A DNA stretch of 64,000 nt. Origin: an uncultured Clostridia bacterium. GTDB taxonomy: Bacteria; Bacillota; Clostridia; Christensenellales; QALW01. Where the stretch lies: positions 608 through 64,607 of the forward strand of contig CAKRZX010000013.1 in assembly GCA_934434555.1 (NCBI GenBank). The letters are read 5' to 3'. The number at the start of each line of letters is the position of its first letter. The first letter of the stretch is position 1. Made by a program: the position numbers and the translations under genes. Shown here one piece after another: positions 1 to 9,422 of this stretch. Below the pieces are notes generated by a model. It was not told where the DNA came from and did not search any database. It saw only the letters and a program-made list of their open reading frames with translations.

Positions 1-944
1 CGATTGTTAATTCCGTTGACGCAAGTGCTTTCGCAAAGGATGTCGTAGTCAATTTGACCGCCACATATACCAAGGACGCCTTTGACGGAGAAGGTATAGT
101 ATTAACACTCAATGCTAACGGCGGCACAATTGACGGCAAGGCAGTTAACAAATACGACTATGTAGGCGGCGGAAACTCCGGAACCGCTATGTCGCTTTTA
201 CCCTATGTTCCCGTAAGAGAGGGGTATACCTTTAACGGCTGGAACACAAAAAGCGACGGCAGCGGTACTATGGAGAAGTATATTTTTTGGAGAATTTGGG
301 ACAATAACGAGGAGACCAATAAGAAATTTGATAAGGATACTTTAGTTAAAGAAGAATCGGGCTACGAGCTGTATAAAAATGTGACCTTGTACGCCTCCTG
401 GACGAAAGCCTCCGGAGAGCCGGAAAATCCCGGTAAGGACACGGTGAAGGAACTCCAAAGCACGGGGGAGACAAAGGCAAAAATCGAATTTGCAACAGAG
501 GTCAGCAAGGATTACAAGCTGGATATCAAGTCCATCGAGGTCAAGAAGGAATTGGCAGATAAGAATGTGAAATTCGTTGCGGACATCAATGTGCTGGACG
601 GAAACAACAATGTTGTGAAGATCAGCAACACCAAAATGAAGATCAGAATTGCTCTGCCGGAAGATTTGAAGGGGTATGACAAATACGAAGTCGTTTACAT
701 TGTAAATGATGAGATTAAAGAGACCTTGCCTGCTGCGGTAGAAAACGGTTATATTGTATTTGAGACAAACCATTTGAGTCAGTACGGAATCGTTGGGACA
801 AACACTGGCAATGGGACAAAAAGCCCGCAAACCGGCGATAACAGCAATATGTTCCTGTGGGTCGCTCTGCTGTTTGCCAGCGGTGGCGTTCTGACCGTGT
901 TGGGTGTTACAGACAAGAGAAAAGAGAAAGGGATCACTAAATAA
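1..944 (+). CDS. Sortase-anchored surface protein, C-terminal part (gene starts upstream of window)
   Basis: The frame is open from base 3, so the listed TTG at 54 is probably not the true start. GYTFNGWNTKSDGSG is a Listeria-Bacteroides (Flg_new) type repeat. The C-terminal SPQTG, hydrophobic helix and KRKEKG tail form an (S/P)PxTG-type sorting signal. Confidence 0.8.
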   Translation, partial: IVNSVDASAFAKDVVVNLTATYTKDAFDGEGIVLTLNANGGTIDGKAVNKYDYVGGGNSGTAMSLLPYVPVREGYTFNGWNTKSDGSGTMEKYIFWRIWDNNEETNKKFDKDTLVKEESGYELYKNVTLYASWTKASGEPENPGKDTVKELQSTGETKAKIEFATEVSKDYKLDIKSIEVKKELADKNVKFVADINVLDGNNNVVKISNTKMKIRIALPEDLKGYDKYEVVYIVNDEIKETLPAAVENGYIVFETNHLSQYGIVGTNTGNGTKSPQTGDNSNMFLWVALLFASGGVLTVLGVTDKRKEKGITK

Positions 945-976
945 CATTGACAAACCCGAAATAGCATTATGATAAG

Positions 977-1011
977 CGGGCAGTGACCGAAAGACTGTCA
1001 CTGCCCGTTTT
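977..1011 (+). terminator. Rho-independent terminator after the surface protein gene
   Basis: An 11-bp stem CGGGCAGTGAC / GTCACTGCCCG is followed by TTTT. Confidence 0.7.
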
Positions 1012-1679
1012 CAAAAAACTCGATGTGAATATATGCTGGAAGTGAACATTTCTCGCTTTCGCAAAAAGCAGTCACGCAAACTGATTGAAAATTGAAAGGT
1101 TAAAGATAAAGGTCGGTGACGGTAAATATGTCTCCTGAAAAAAGAATAGCCGACCGGACGGCAATCTCCGGCACAGTTTCAAGAGCGCTCAGCAAGTAAA
1201 AAACTTGCTGGGCGCTCTTTCTTTATGCCTTCGACAAAAATCAGCCGTTTTCAGCAGCAAAACAAGCGGTTCGGCAAAATATTCCGGCAAGGAGGTGATA
1301 CCGATGTACAGTGCAGTGCTTTCAAAGGACATACCATACGGATCTTTGCCGTAAAGGGCGGCCGCCCTGCCGTCCTTCGGCGACAAGGTGAGAACATGAA
1401 AAAGAACATAGGAAAGATACAGGTGTTGAAATAGCAAAGACTGTCTTTGCGCAGACACACAGACACCTATATTTTTTTGACCTTCCCGGTCGACAAAATT
1501 CAAAACAATATCCGAGAAGCGCCAATAAAAGCACCGAAAAAACGGGAATTTTACTTGGCTTGACTTTTTGCGGCCTTTGCACCCTAAAACAGCGGCAATC
1601 CGGCAGCGTCGGCTGTCGAAGCCCTCCGTATCAATCGTTTTTGCCCTAACAAAAAACGATTGAACGGAGGTACATAACC

Positions 1680-2189
1680 TTGAAAAAACAACCCAAAGCG
1701 GTTTATATCATAGAAAACGGCGGGTACACGGAACTAACCTATGAGGAATTCCGTCGCCGTGAGCAAATCTGCCCGTTATATGCGGACAAGCTGTTCCTGC
1801 CTCTCTACGGCAGGCTTATGGAGGTATCCAAAGAGGATTACACGGAATTCTACCGAGCAAAACGCCGTCAGAAATATCTGGACGAACGCTCTGCGGACAA
1901 CGGCGACTTCTCCTACGATATGCTGACCACCGATGAATTCAGCGGCGAGGACATCCTCATCGCCGAGCAGCCGGATGTATGCGACACCGTAGTGGAAAGC
2001 ATTATGACGGACAAGCTCCACAAGTCCTTGCAATTGTTGAACCAAGACGAGAAACTCTTAATTCAAGCCTTGTATTTTGAAAGAAAATCAGAACGCAAGG
2101 TTTCGGCGGAAACCGGAATACCTCAAAAAACCATTAATGATCGCAAACGGCGGATTATAGCCAAACTCAAAAAACTTTTAGAAAGTTAA
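1680..2189 (+). CDS. Sigma-70 region-4-like HTH protein typical of integrative elements
   Basis: TTG start about 10 nt after GGAGG. The C-terminal LIQALYFERKSERKVSAETGIPQKTINDRKRRIIAKLKKLL resembles a sigma region 4.2 HTH. The gene sits upstream of the recombinase cassette. Confidence 0.6.
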   Translation: MKKQPKAVYIIENGGYTELTYEEFRRREQICPLYADKLFLPLYGRLMEVSKEDYTEFYRAKRRQKYLDERSADNGDFSYDMLTTDEFSGEDILIAEQPDVCDTVVESIMTDKLHKSLQLLNQDEKLLIQALYFERKSERKVSAETGIPQKTINDRKRRIIAKLKKLLES

Positions 2190-2203
2190 AAATAAATCCG
2201 CTC

Positions 2204-2245
2204 AGCCCCCTCATCTTTCGGCATGGAAAGTGAGGGGGCTTTCTC
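2204..2245 (+). terminator. Terminator after the sigma-like gene
   Basis: The stem AGCCCCCTCA / TGAGGGGGCT is followed by a T-rich tract. Confidence 0.6.
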
Positions 2246-2656
2246 AATAGCCTCCGCCCGTTCTTTGAAAACCGAATAGTACAGCGCATCCTTTACCTTC
2301 CTTCTGCCGTCGGCGAAACCGATAAGCCACACGACCTTTTGAGTCGGACGGTGCGGCGCATCCGCACCGAAGGCCATAAAAAGCAGAAGCAATAATGATA
2401 CTTGCGTCCAGTCACAGGCCGAGCGTTGAAGCGGCACGAAAAGCGCCGTGAGCCGTCGCAGCCACTGAGGGCGCCTCGCAGAGATCCTGGGAGGGGTGAG
2501 ATTCCCATGAGGCAAAATGCATTGCCGGAGGATGCGTTCCCTTGTTCGGGGCGTCGTGGACAAATACGGACAGAACCAAGAACGATTGATACAAATACCA
2601 AGGCGGTCGTTTGCCCAAAAGCACACGGCCGCCTTTTACTTAAAACGGAGGCTAAT

Positions 2657-3022
2657 ATGAAAGAGATCAAACGAGGTGAAATCTATGCCGTTGACTTCGG
2701 TACAGGCTTCGGCAGTGAGCAAGGCGGAACGCGCCCGTCCTTGATTTTACAGAATGATATCGGCAACAGGCACAGCCCCACCACCATCGTGGCGGCGATC
2801 ACAGGCAGAAAGACAAAAGCGGCTCTGCCCACCCATGTGAAAATCATGGCGAAAGGGCTTAAAACCGAATCCACCGTCCTGCTCGAACAAATCAGGACGA
2901 TAGACAAAGAGAGGCTCGGCGAATACATCGGCAGGCTCGACGGCAAAAACCTCGCCGCCGTTGACCGTGCCATTGTGGTGAGTCTCGGCATCAAATACCT
3001 GGAGGAACTGCTCAATGGATAA
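2657..3022 (+). CDS. PemK/MazF family endoribonuclease toxin
   Basis: MKEIKRGEIYAVDFGTGFGSEQGGTRPSLILQNDIGN..TTIVAAITG matches the MazF/PemK signature. The ATG at 2657 is preceded by ACGGAGG. The part of the listed ORF upstream of it (from 2402) lacks protein-like character. Confidence 0.85.
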   Translation: MKEIKRGEIYAVDFGTGFGSEQGGTRPSLILQNDIGNRHSPTTIVAAITGRKTKAALPTHVKIMAKGLKTESTVLLEQIRTIDKERLGEYIGRLDGKNLAAVDRAIVVSLGIKYLEELLNG

Positions 3023-3170
3023 AAGAACCGACATCAACAATACATCATTCGCTTACAGTGTAAACCTATTAAAAATGCTCCTCGCTATGCAACTCATCAC
3101 CGAGGATGAATACGAAAGAATCACTCAGATCAGTGCCGAACATTACGGCGCTGATCTGATTTATGTCTGA
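3015..3170 (+). CDS. Small 51-aa ORF translationally coupled to mazF (unknown function)
   Basis: ATG at 3015 overlaps the mazF stop (AATGGATAA). It encodes MDKRTDINNTSFAYSVNLLKMLLAMQLITEDEYERITQISAEHYGADLIYV. It is shorter than the ORF-track cutoff. Confidence 0.4.
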   Translation: MDKRTDINNTSFAYSVNLLKMLLAMQLITEDEYERITQISAEHYGADLIYV

Positions 3171-3289
3171 AATCTTAATTCTCAAGTTTTTGCGAAAAAC
3201 CGCTGGAAGTATTCGAACTATTGTGGTATGGTGTGTCGTGCCGAAAGGCGAATAACAGCAAGGTGACCCCTTGCGGAAAGGAGAAAGAC

Positions 3290-4846
3290 ATGAACATTAC
3301 TGAAATCACAAGCACAAAGAAGCAGACAGCCGAACGGCTTCGGTTAGCCCCGTACTGCCGGGTGTCGAGTGACTCTACCGACCAGCTCCACTCATTCGCC
3401 GCACAGATCCGCTACTACAGCGACTATGCCAAGAAGCATCCCGAATATCAGCTTGTCGACATTTATGCCGATGAGGGCATCACGGGAACCGAGATGAAAA
3501 AGCGGGACGAGCTGAACCGGCTGATAGCCGACTGCAAGAAAGGCAAGGTCGACCGCATCATCGTCAAATCGGTTTCCCGTCTGGCACGGAACACAGAGGA
3601 GCTGCTCGTACTGCTGCGAACGTGCAAAGAGATCGGCGTGAGCGTGTACTTCGAGGAACAGGGCATCGACACCGAAAAACTGAATATGGAAATGATCGTA
3701 ACATTCCCCGGTATGGCCGCACAGCAAGAAAGTGTGAACATATCGGGGAATTTGCGTTGGAGTTATCAAAAGCGAATGCAGTCTGGTAATTTCAACTGCA
3801 CCTGTCCGGCTTACGGCTTCGACCTCAAAGACGGCGAGCTCGTAATCAACGAAACGGAGGCGGCGGTCATACGAAGAATATTCGACCTATACCTCCAAGG
3901 ATACGGAACGCCTGCCATTTCGAAAATACTTAATGAGGACGGTGTACCAAGACGGCACGGCTATGAAAAATGGCTGCCGAGTTCAATCAACTATGTGTTG
4001 AACAATGAACGCTATATGGGAGATGCACTCCTGCAAAAAAGTTATACCACCGAAACCCTGCCGTTTCGGAAAGTGAAAAATGACGGTCGGTTGCCGCAAT
4101 ACTATGTGGAGAACAGCAATCCGCCAATCGTCAGTCGAGAAACCTTTCATGCAGCACAGAACCTGCTGCACTCACGGCAGACAGAAAAATGCAAGCGAAA
4201 GATGTATCCGCTATCGGGAAAGCTACGCTGCCCCGAATGCGGCAGAGCATTCCGCCATCAGGTTGTAAACGGAACAGCCCAGTGGATCTGCACCTGCCGA
4301 TCATCGGGTGCGACCGACTGTCAGCACCGCCATGTGCGAGAGGAAGCTGTATATGAAATCTTTACCGATATGGTTATCAAGCTGAAAACTTACCGAAACG
4401 AACTGCTTGGTACGCTGATTCTCCAAATGGAACTCATGCAGGACCGTACAAGTCGAAATCAGGAACGCATACGGCAGGTAGACAAGGAGATCGCCGACCT
4501 CGGTGCAAAGAATCATATCATTGCACGGTTGCATACAAGCGGTGCATTAACCGCTGTCGAGTATGCCATGCAGACTTCGGAAATCGGCAACCGCCTCACC
4601 GAGCTACGCATAGAACGGCGACAAAAGCTCACTGAGGATGAGGATGACCAACGGCTCGCCGCCATCAAAGACTTAAACGGCATACTCGAAGAATATGAGC
4701 CGACCGCCAAGTTTGACAACGGGCTGTTTGACGAAATTATTGAGAGCATCACGGTGGACAGCAGCGAACAGCTCACATTCAAGCTCCTCGGTGGTATTGC
4801 ACTGACCGAGAAAATTCCAAAGAAAGGACGGTGCAAAACGGCATGA
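3290..4846 (+). CDS. Large serine recombinase
   Basis: ATG at 3290 follows GGAGAAAG. The N-terminal resolvase domain is present (YCRVSSDSTDQ catalytic Ser context, SVSRLARN), followed by a recombinase domain and a Cys-rich zinc ribbon (CPECGRAF..CTC). Confidence 0.9.
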   Translation: MNITEITSTKKQTAERLRLAPYCRVSSDSTDQLHSFAAQIRYYSDYAKKHPEYQLVDIYADEGITGTEMKKRDELNRLIADCKKGKVDRIIVKSVSRLARNTEELLVLLRTCKEIGVSVYFEEQGIDTEKLNMEMIVTFPGMAAQQESVNISGNLRWSYQKRMQSGNFNCTCPAYGFDLKDGELVINETEAAVIRRIFDLYLQGYGTPAISKILNEDGVPRRHGYEKWLPSSINYVLNNERYMGDALLQKSYTTETLPFRKVKNDGRLPQYYVENSNPPIVSRETFHAAQNLLHSRQTEKCKRKMYPLSGKLRCPECGRAFRHQVVNGTAQWICTCRSSGATDCQHRHVREEAVYEIFTDMVIKLKTYRNELLGTLILQMELMQDRTSRNQERIRQVDKEIADLGAKNHIIARLHTSGALTAVEYAMQTSEIGNRLTELRIERRQKLTEDEDDQRLAAIKDLNGILEEYEPTAKFDNGLFDEIIESITVDSSEQLTFKLLGGIALTEKIPKKGRCKTA

Positions 4847-5838
4847 GCAACAGAACACTGCCTTACGGATACTGCTATAAAAACGGCATAATTGCAATAG
4901 ACTCAAAAGAAAGCAAGGTGCTGAAACGAATATTCTCCGCATACCTTAACGGCGATTCGATGTTAACCATTGCCGAGCAGTTAAACAGAGAAAAAATCGA
5001 ATACGCAAGCGGCGTTATCGGTTGGAACAAAGGGCGGCTCAAGCACCTCATTGATAACCCACGGTATCTTGGCACAGAGGTATATCCGCAGATTATCGAG
5101 CAAGCGACTTATGAGAAAATACAAAAGGCAAAGCACAGTCGCAACACCCAAAAGGATACGGATAAGGCACAAGAGATATTCAGGCTGACCGTTCCCGTCC
5201 GATGCCCGATCTGCGGAAGCCTAATGCGACGCAGACATGACAGCAGATGCAAATGCCAAGAGCGTTGGACTTGTGAAAACAAAGAGTGCCGTTTGCGGAT
5301 TGAGATATCCGACGCTGAATTGCTGACCGCACTCTCTGATCTTCTCTCCACGGTAACAGCCGACAGCATCTCACTGCCTGCCGAAAAGCCCTATGAGCCA
5401 AGCACCGAGGCAATACGGTTGAACAACGAAATCAGCCGAATGCTTGATGCCGCAGAAATAGATAAGGCTATCCTACGAAACAAAATGGCAGAGTGCATTA
5501 GTCAAAAATACAGCGAACTCGGCAATGAGTGCTGTACGGCACACAAACTAAAAGCCGAACTCGGCAGCTTGTCCGATGTCACCGAAAGGCTGAATCGCAC
5601 GGTCAGCGAAATACGCCTACACCCCGACAAAACAGCAGACCTCATACTGCTGAACGGTCAGATTATACGAAAGGAGAAAATCCATGCAACAGACAGCGGT
5701 CGCTCCACAGAGGGTGGTGCGGGTAATCGAACCGACCATATCGGTCAGGGAGAGCATCAAAAACCATTATCGAGTCTTGCGTGTTGCAGCATACTGCCGA
5801 GTTTCCACGAAGCAAGAGGAACAACTCAACAGTTATGA
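4843..5838 (+). CDS. Recombinase-domain plus zinc-ribbon protein lacking the catalytic resolvase domain
   Basis: ATGA start/stop overlap with the upstream gene. LPYGY..IAEQLN..W....L..NPRYLG is the recombinase-domain signature, followed by CPICG..C..C zinc ribbon. There is no S-R catalytic N-terminus. The last 155 nt overlap the next gene out of frame. Confidence 0.7.
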   Translation: MSNRTLPYGYCYKNGIIAIDSKESKVLKRIFSAYLNGDSMLTIAEQLNREKIEYASGVIGWNKGRLKHLIDNPRYLGTEVYPQIIEQATYEKIQKAKHSRNTQKDTDKAQEIFRLTVPVRCPICGSLMRRRHDSRCKCQERWTCENKECRLRIEISDAELLTALSDLLSTVTADSISLPAEKPYEPSTEAIRLNNEISRMLDAAEIDKAILRNKMAECISQKYSELGNECCTAHKLKAELGSLSDVTERLNRTVSEIRLHPDKTADLILLNGQIIRKEKIHATDSGRSTEGGAGNRTDHIGQGEHQKPLSSLACCSILPSFHEARGTTQQL

Positions 5839-7321
5839 GAATCAGGTGGAACACTACACCGAGCGCATCAATTCGGAAAACGGATGGACGCTTGAAGGCA
5901 TCTACGCCGACAAGGGTATCTCCGGCACAAGCGTAAAAAACCGTGATGAATTCAATCGGATGATACGCCGATGCAAGCAAGGAAAAATCGACATGATCAT
6001 CACGAAATCCATTGCAAGGTTTGCGAGAAACACGGTGGACTGCTTGAAATATGTCCGGCTGCTCAACGACCTTGGTGTGGATGTCTACTTCGAGGAACAG
6101 GGAATCCACAGCAATCAGCCCGGCGCCGAGTTTTACATCACCATCTACGGCAGCATTGCCCAAAGCGAATCGGAAAACATCAGTGCCAATATCAAATGGG
6201 GCAAGGCTCAAAGTGCTAAGGAAGGTAAGGTTATATTCCAATATAAGAACTTCCTCGGCTACCGCAAGGGCGAGGACGGACAGCCCGAAATCGTCCCCGA
6301 AGAAGCCGAAACAATTTGCCTTATATATGACCGCTTTCTCGCAGGCGACAGCTTAAAAGGAATTGCAGAGCTGCTTGAAGAAAAGGGCATCAAAAGCCCG
6401 ACGGGAAAAGCTCAATGGCAGTTTTCAACGATACAGTCCATTCTCTCCAATGAAAAGTATAAGGGCGATGCCATTATCAATAAGACCTACATTACCGACT
6501 GCATCAGCAAAAAGGTTAGAGTAAATAACGGCGAACGTCCGAAATACTATGTAGAGAATAGTCACCCTGCCATTATCGACTCAGCCACCTTCGGCAGAGT
6601 CCAAGAGGAACTCGCAAGGCGTTCAGGTAAGCGCAAGGTCAGACAAAAAGCCAAAACCGAGCAAGGCAAATATTCAAGCAAATACGCTATGACAGAACTG
6701 CTCGTCTGCGGCGAATGCAAAACACCATACCGCCGATGCACTTGGACGGCAGGCGGCAAAAAGAAAATCGTATGGCGATGTATAAATCGTCTTGACTACG
6801 GCAAGAAATACTGCCACAACTCGCCGACCATAGAAGAAAGCATATTGCAAAAGGTTGTTATGACGGCAATCATGGAAACCGCCAATCAAAACACCGAGGT
6901 ACTGCGAACATTGAAACTGCATATCGGTATGGGATTAGAGGGAGAAAAGAGCAATGACAACAGCCTCGACCTGCAAGTGCGGATTGCCGAAATTGACGCA
7001 GAGTTCAGAAAAATGATTGATCGAGTATCCACAGAAACAGTGGAAGCCTTTGACGAGGAAACCGCAACTCGGCTCATGAACGAAAAAAGCCGTCTGCAAC
7101 AGCAGCTCGACAACATAGCCAACGCTGAGCAACGGCGAGAAAACGCAAAATCCCGACTCGATGATATCTATACTATACTGGACGGCATAAAAAACCGTCC
7201 GATGGAATACGATGACCAAATTGTCCGCCAACTGCTCGAATGCATAGTGGTCGACTCAAAAGAGCAGGTCACCGTAATATTCAAAGGCGGTCTCAAATCG
7301 GTGCAGCCGCTGACCGAATGA
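5684..7321 (+). CDS. Large serine recombinase
   Basis: Strong RBS AAGGAGAAAA precedes the ATG. Motifs: YCRVSTKQEEQ, ITKSIARFARNT, recombinase domain, zinc ribbon CGECKTPY..WRC, and a coiled-coil C-terminus. Confidence 0.9.
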   Translation: MQQTAVAPQRVVRVIEPTISVRESIKNHYRVLRVAAYCRVSTKQEEQLNSYENQVEHYTERINSENGWTLEGIYADKGISGTSVKNRDEFNRMIRRCKQGKIDMIITKSIARFARNTVDCLKYVRLLNDLGVDVYFEEQGIHSNQPGAEFYITIYGSIAQSESENISANIKWGKAQSAKEGKVIFQYKNFLGYRKGEDGQPEIVPEEAETICLIYDRFLAGDSLKGIAELLEEKGIKSPTGKAQWQFSTIQSILSNEKYKGDAIINKTYITDCISKKVRVNNGERPKYYVENSHPAIIDSATFGRVQEELARRSGKRKVRQKAKTEQGKYSSKYAMTELLVCGECKTPYRRCTWTAGGKKKIVWRCINRLDYGKKYCHNSPTIEESILQKVVMTAIMETANQNTEVLRTLKLHIGMGLEGEKSNDNSLDLQVRIAEIDAEFRKMIDRVSTETVEAFDEETATRLMNEKSRLQQQLDNIANAEQRRENAKSRLDDIYTILDGIKNRPMEYDDQIVRQLLECIVVDSKEQVTVIFKGGLKSVQPLTE

Positions 7322-7426
7322 CAGCGGCTCACCTCCGCCCTTAACCTTGAAAGTTCAAGATTTTTTGTAAGGGTACAAATACCAACCTAAAAAGGCTAAA
7401 AAATCTTTTTTATAGTCCTCCCACAG

Positions 7427-7470
7427 AACGGCTCGTTCGCTTTTGAGAACGAGCCGTTTTGTTATTTTTG
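7427..7470 (+). terminator. Terminator after the recombinase cassette
   Basis: A 12-bp stem AACGGCTCGTTC / GAACGAGCCGTT is followed by TTGTTATTTTT. Confidence 0.75.
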
Positions 7471-7824
7471 CAGATTTTATCACCGCGGGCAACATAAACT
7501 CTTGTTCTGCGCAGTCATAAAGAGAATAAACGGCGAAAAGTCTGTCCGAAAATGAAAAAACGGGCGGATTTTTCGTTGTTTTTGCAACTAATCAAGGAAT
7601 GAAACATTTTATAATGTAAAATCAAAGCAAAAAGAGAATCTATCTCTTTTGGATACAAACCGAACTGTATTTTGAAGATAACCACGCTTATTTATATAAT
7701 GATTACTGTAATATTAAAACAGAATTCTGTCTTAATCACATCAATGAATTTGCATTTTTAATTAAAATATGCCTTAAAAAACAAAAAAAGAACAGAAAAA
7801 ACTATCTGTTCACGATTTTATTAC

Positions 7825-7853
7825 TTGAAATTTAGTAAAAATTGGTGTAAAAT
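7825..7853 (+). promoter_or_regulatory. Candidate sigma-A promoter reading toward the 19-bp repeats and the integrase gene
   Basis: TTGAAA, a 17-nt spacer, then TG-extended TAAAAT. Confidence 0.4.
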
Positions 7854-7889
7854 ACATATACAAACAAAAAGATACAATCAGAACAGAAC

Positions 7890-7908
7890 TTTCGCAGAGT
7901 TCGTCACT
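7890..7908 (+). repeat. 19-bp repeat copy A (TTTCGCAGAGTTCGTCACT)
   Basis: Exact 19-mer, also present at 7993-8011 and inverted at 9423-9441. Confidence 0.9.
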
Positions 7909-7992
7909 AAGCGGATTGCACTGCAAGAGATCTGTTTTGTTTTTTTGTGTCAAAGCCTGTCGAAATCCGTCAAAACTCCGTAAATCAGGGCT

Positions 7993-8011
7993 TTTCGCAG
8001 AGTTCGTCACT
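7993..8011 (+). repeat. 19-bp repeat copy B
   Basis: Exact copy. Identity with inverted copy C extends to 20 bp. Confidence 0.9.
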
Positions 8012-8232
8012 CAACGAAAACGCAACATCTCTTACAAATCAATCCAATTATATCACAGCACTTTCAAAAAGGCAACCAAAATTTAGAAAAAAACAGAAAA
8101 TTTTTTCGTGAATCGGATTTGTGTATGTTGAAAGGGGGTGTTTTACAGCGATTTAAGGCGGCGGAATGTATCTGTGCAGTCAAATGCGCAGTCATGATAC
8201 ATATTTTCTTTTTGAAAAAAGGAGGATTTAAG

Positions 8233-9339
8233 ATGTCAAAAGGAGAGAACATTTTCAAAAGAAAAGACGGGCGTTGGGAAGCCAGGTATACCAAAGGATA
8301 TGAAATTTCGGGTAAGATAAAATACGGTTATTGCTACGGTAAAACTTATAAAGAGGCAAAGGACAAGGTTACAAAAATTAAGGCGGCGATAATAAACGGC
8401 ACGCCGACGGAGAATTCGCGGCGCAGATTTTCCTATTACTGCGACCTGTGGCTAAAAGACAGAAAAATATCGGTGCGGGAAGCGACTTACGTTAAGTATT
8501 CAGCGGTGGTAAAAAAGCATATTCTGCCGCGGCTCGGCGGCTGTTTCACCGCGGGAATCAACGAACCGGTGATAAACGCGTTTACCGACGAACTTCTTGA
8601 AACCGGACTTAAAGCAAAAACCGTACACGATATTCTTGTTATCCTTAACGGAATAATCCGCTTTGCGTCGGTTTCGTTTGCGGGCGTTTTTCCTCAGGTG
8701 AAAATTACGTATCCCAAAGAGAAGAAAAAGGAAATGCGCGTGCTTACGCGGGAAGAACAGGAAAGGTTTGTTGCGTACCTTTCCAAGGACGGGGACCCCT
8801 GTAAGTTCGGGGTGCTGCTTGCGCTTTACACGGGAATCCGCATAGGCGAACTGTGCGCGCTGAAATGGTCGGATATTTCACAAAAGGACGGCACGCTGTG
8901 CGTAAATTCCACTATGCAGCGCCTGTACGATACAAGCGAAAATTCCGGGAGCAAAACGCGCGTTGTTATGGGCGACCCGAAAAGCGACACGTCCGCAAGG
9001 GTGATACCCCTTACGGGACAGGCTGTATCTATGTGCGAAAAGATGAATCCCGGCGACGGCGACGCATTTGTTTTAACGGGGACGCATTTTTATATGGAGC
9101 CGCGTCTTTTGCAGTACAGAATAGAAAAATACACGCGGGATTGCGGGCTTGACGGCGTGCATTGCCACACGCTCCGCCACACATTTGCCACCCGCGCGGT
9201 GGAAGTGGGCTTTGAAATTAAATCGCTTTCGGAAGTTTTGGGGCACGCAAACACAACCATTACCCTTGAACGGTATGTGCATTCGTCAATGGAATTTAAA
9301 AGGAACAATATGAGTAAACTTGCCGCCGCGGGATTTTAA
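8233..9339 (+). CDS. Tyrosine recombinase/integrase with N-terminal AP2-like arm-binding domain
   Basis: ATG at 8233 follows AAAGGAGG. The N-terminal RKDGRWEARY motif is present. C-terminal catalytic motifs: TGIRIGELCALKW, HTLRHTFATR, LGHANTTITLERYVH. Confidence 0.9.
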   Translation: MSKGENIFKRKDGRWEARYTKGYEISGKIKYGYCYGKTYKEAKDKVTKIKAAIINGTPTENSRRRFSYYCDLWLKDRKISVREATYVKYSAVVKKHILPRLGGCFTAGINEPVINAFTDELLETGLKAKTVHDILVILNGIIRFASVSFAGVFPQVKITYPKEKKKEMRVLTREEQERFVAYLSKDGDPCKFGVLLALYTGIRIGELCALKWSDISQKDGTLCVNSTMQRLYDTSENSGSKTRVVMGDPKSDTSARVIPLTGQAVSMCEKMNPGDGDAFVLTGTHFYMEPRLLQYRIEKYTRDCGLDGVHCHTLRHTFATRAVEVGFEIKSLSEVLGHANTTITLERYVHSSMEFKRNNMSKLAAAGF

Positions 9340-9374
9340 CCGGCGCAGTCAAATTTTTCAGTCAAACGCAAAAC

Positions 9375-9408
9375 GGGTTGAAAGTTACCGCACTTTCAGC
9401 CCTTTTTT
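9375..9408 (+). terminator. Terminator after the integrase gene, located inside the repeat-bracketed segment
   Basis: The stem GGGTTGAAAGT / ACTTTCAGCCC is followed by TTTTTT. Confidence 0.75.
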
Positions 9409-9422
9409 ATGGGTTTTTATTT

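Larger units (their letters stand above)
1..7470. mobile_element. Right-hand end of an integrated element (ICE/IME-like); left boundary lies outside the window
   Basis: The cargo consists of a surface adhesin, a sigma-like regulator and MazF, followed by a terminal triple serine-recombinase cassette, a terminator and an AT-rich junction. Confidence 0.6.

Noticed and set aside
1189-1582. A cluster of overlapping 69-104-aa ORFs on both strands.
   Set aside because: They overlap each other and have no RBS or recognisable motifs. The region contains a long hairpin (1181-1219) and looks non-coding.
2402-2656. The N-terminal extension of the MazF ORF, or a hidden MazE antitoxin.
   Set aside because: The translated extension is Arg/Pro/Gly-rich with no RBS. 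A clean ATG with an RBS at 2657 gives a normal-length MazF. No small ORF with antitoxin features ends near 2657.
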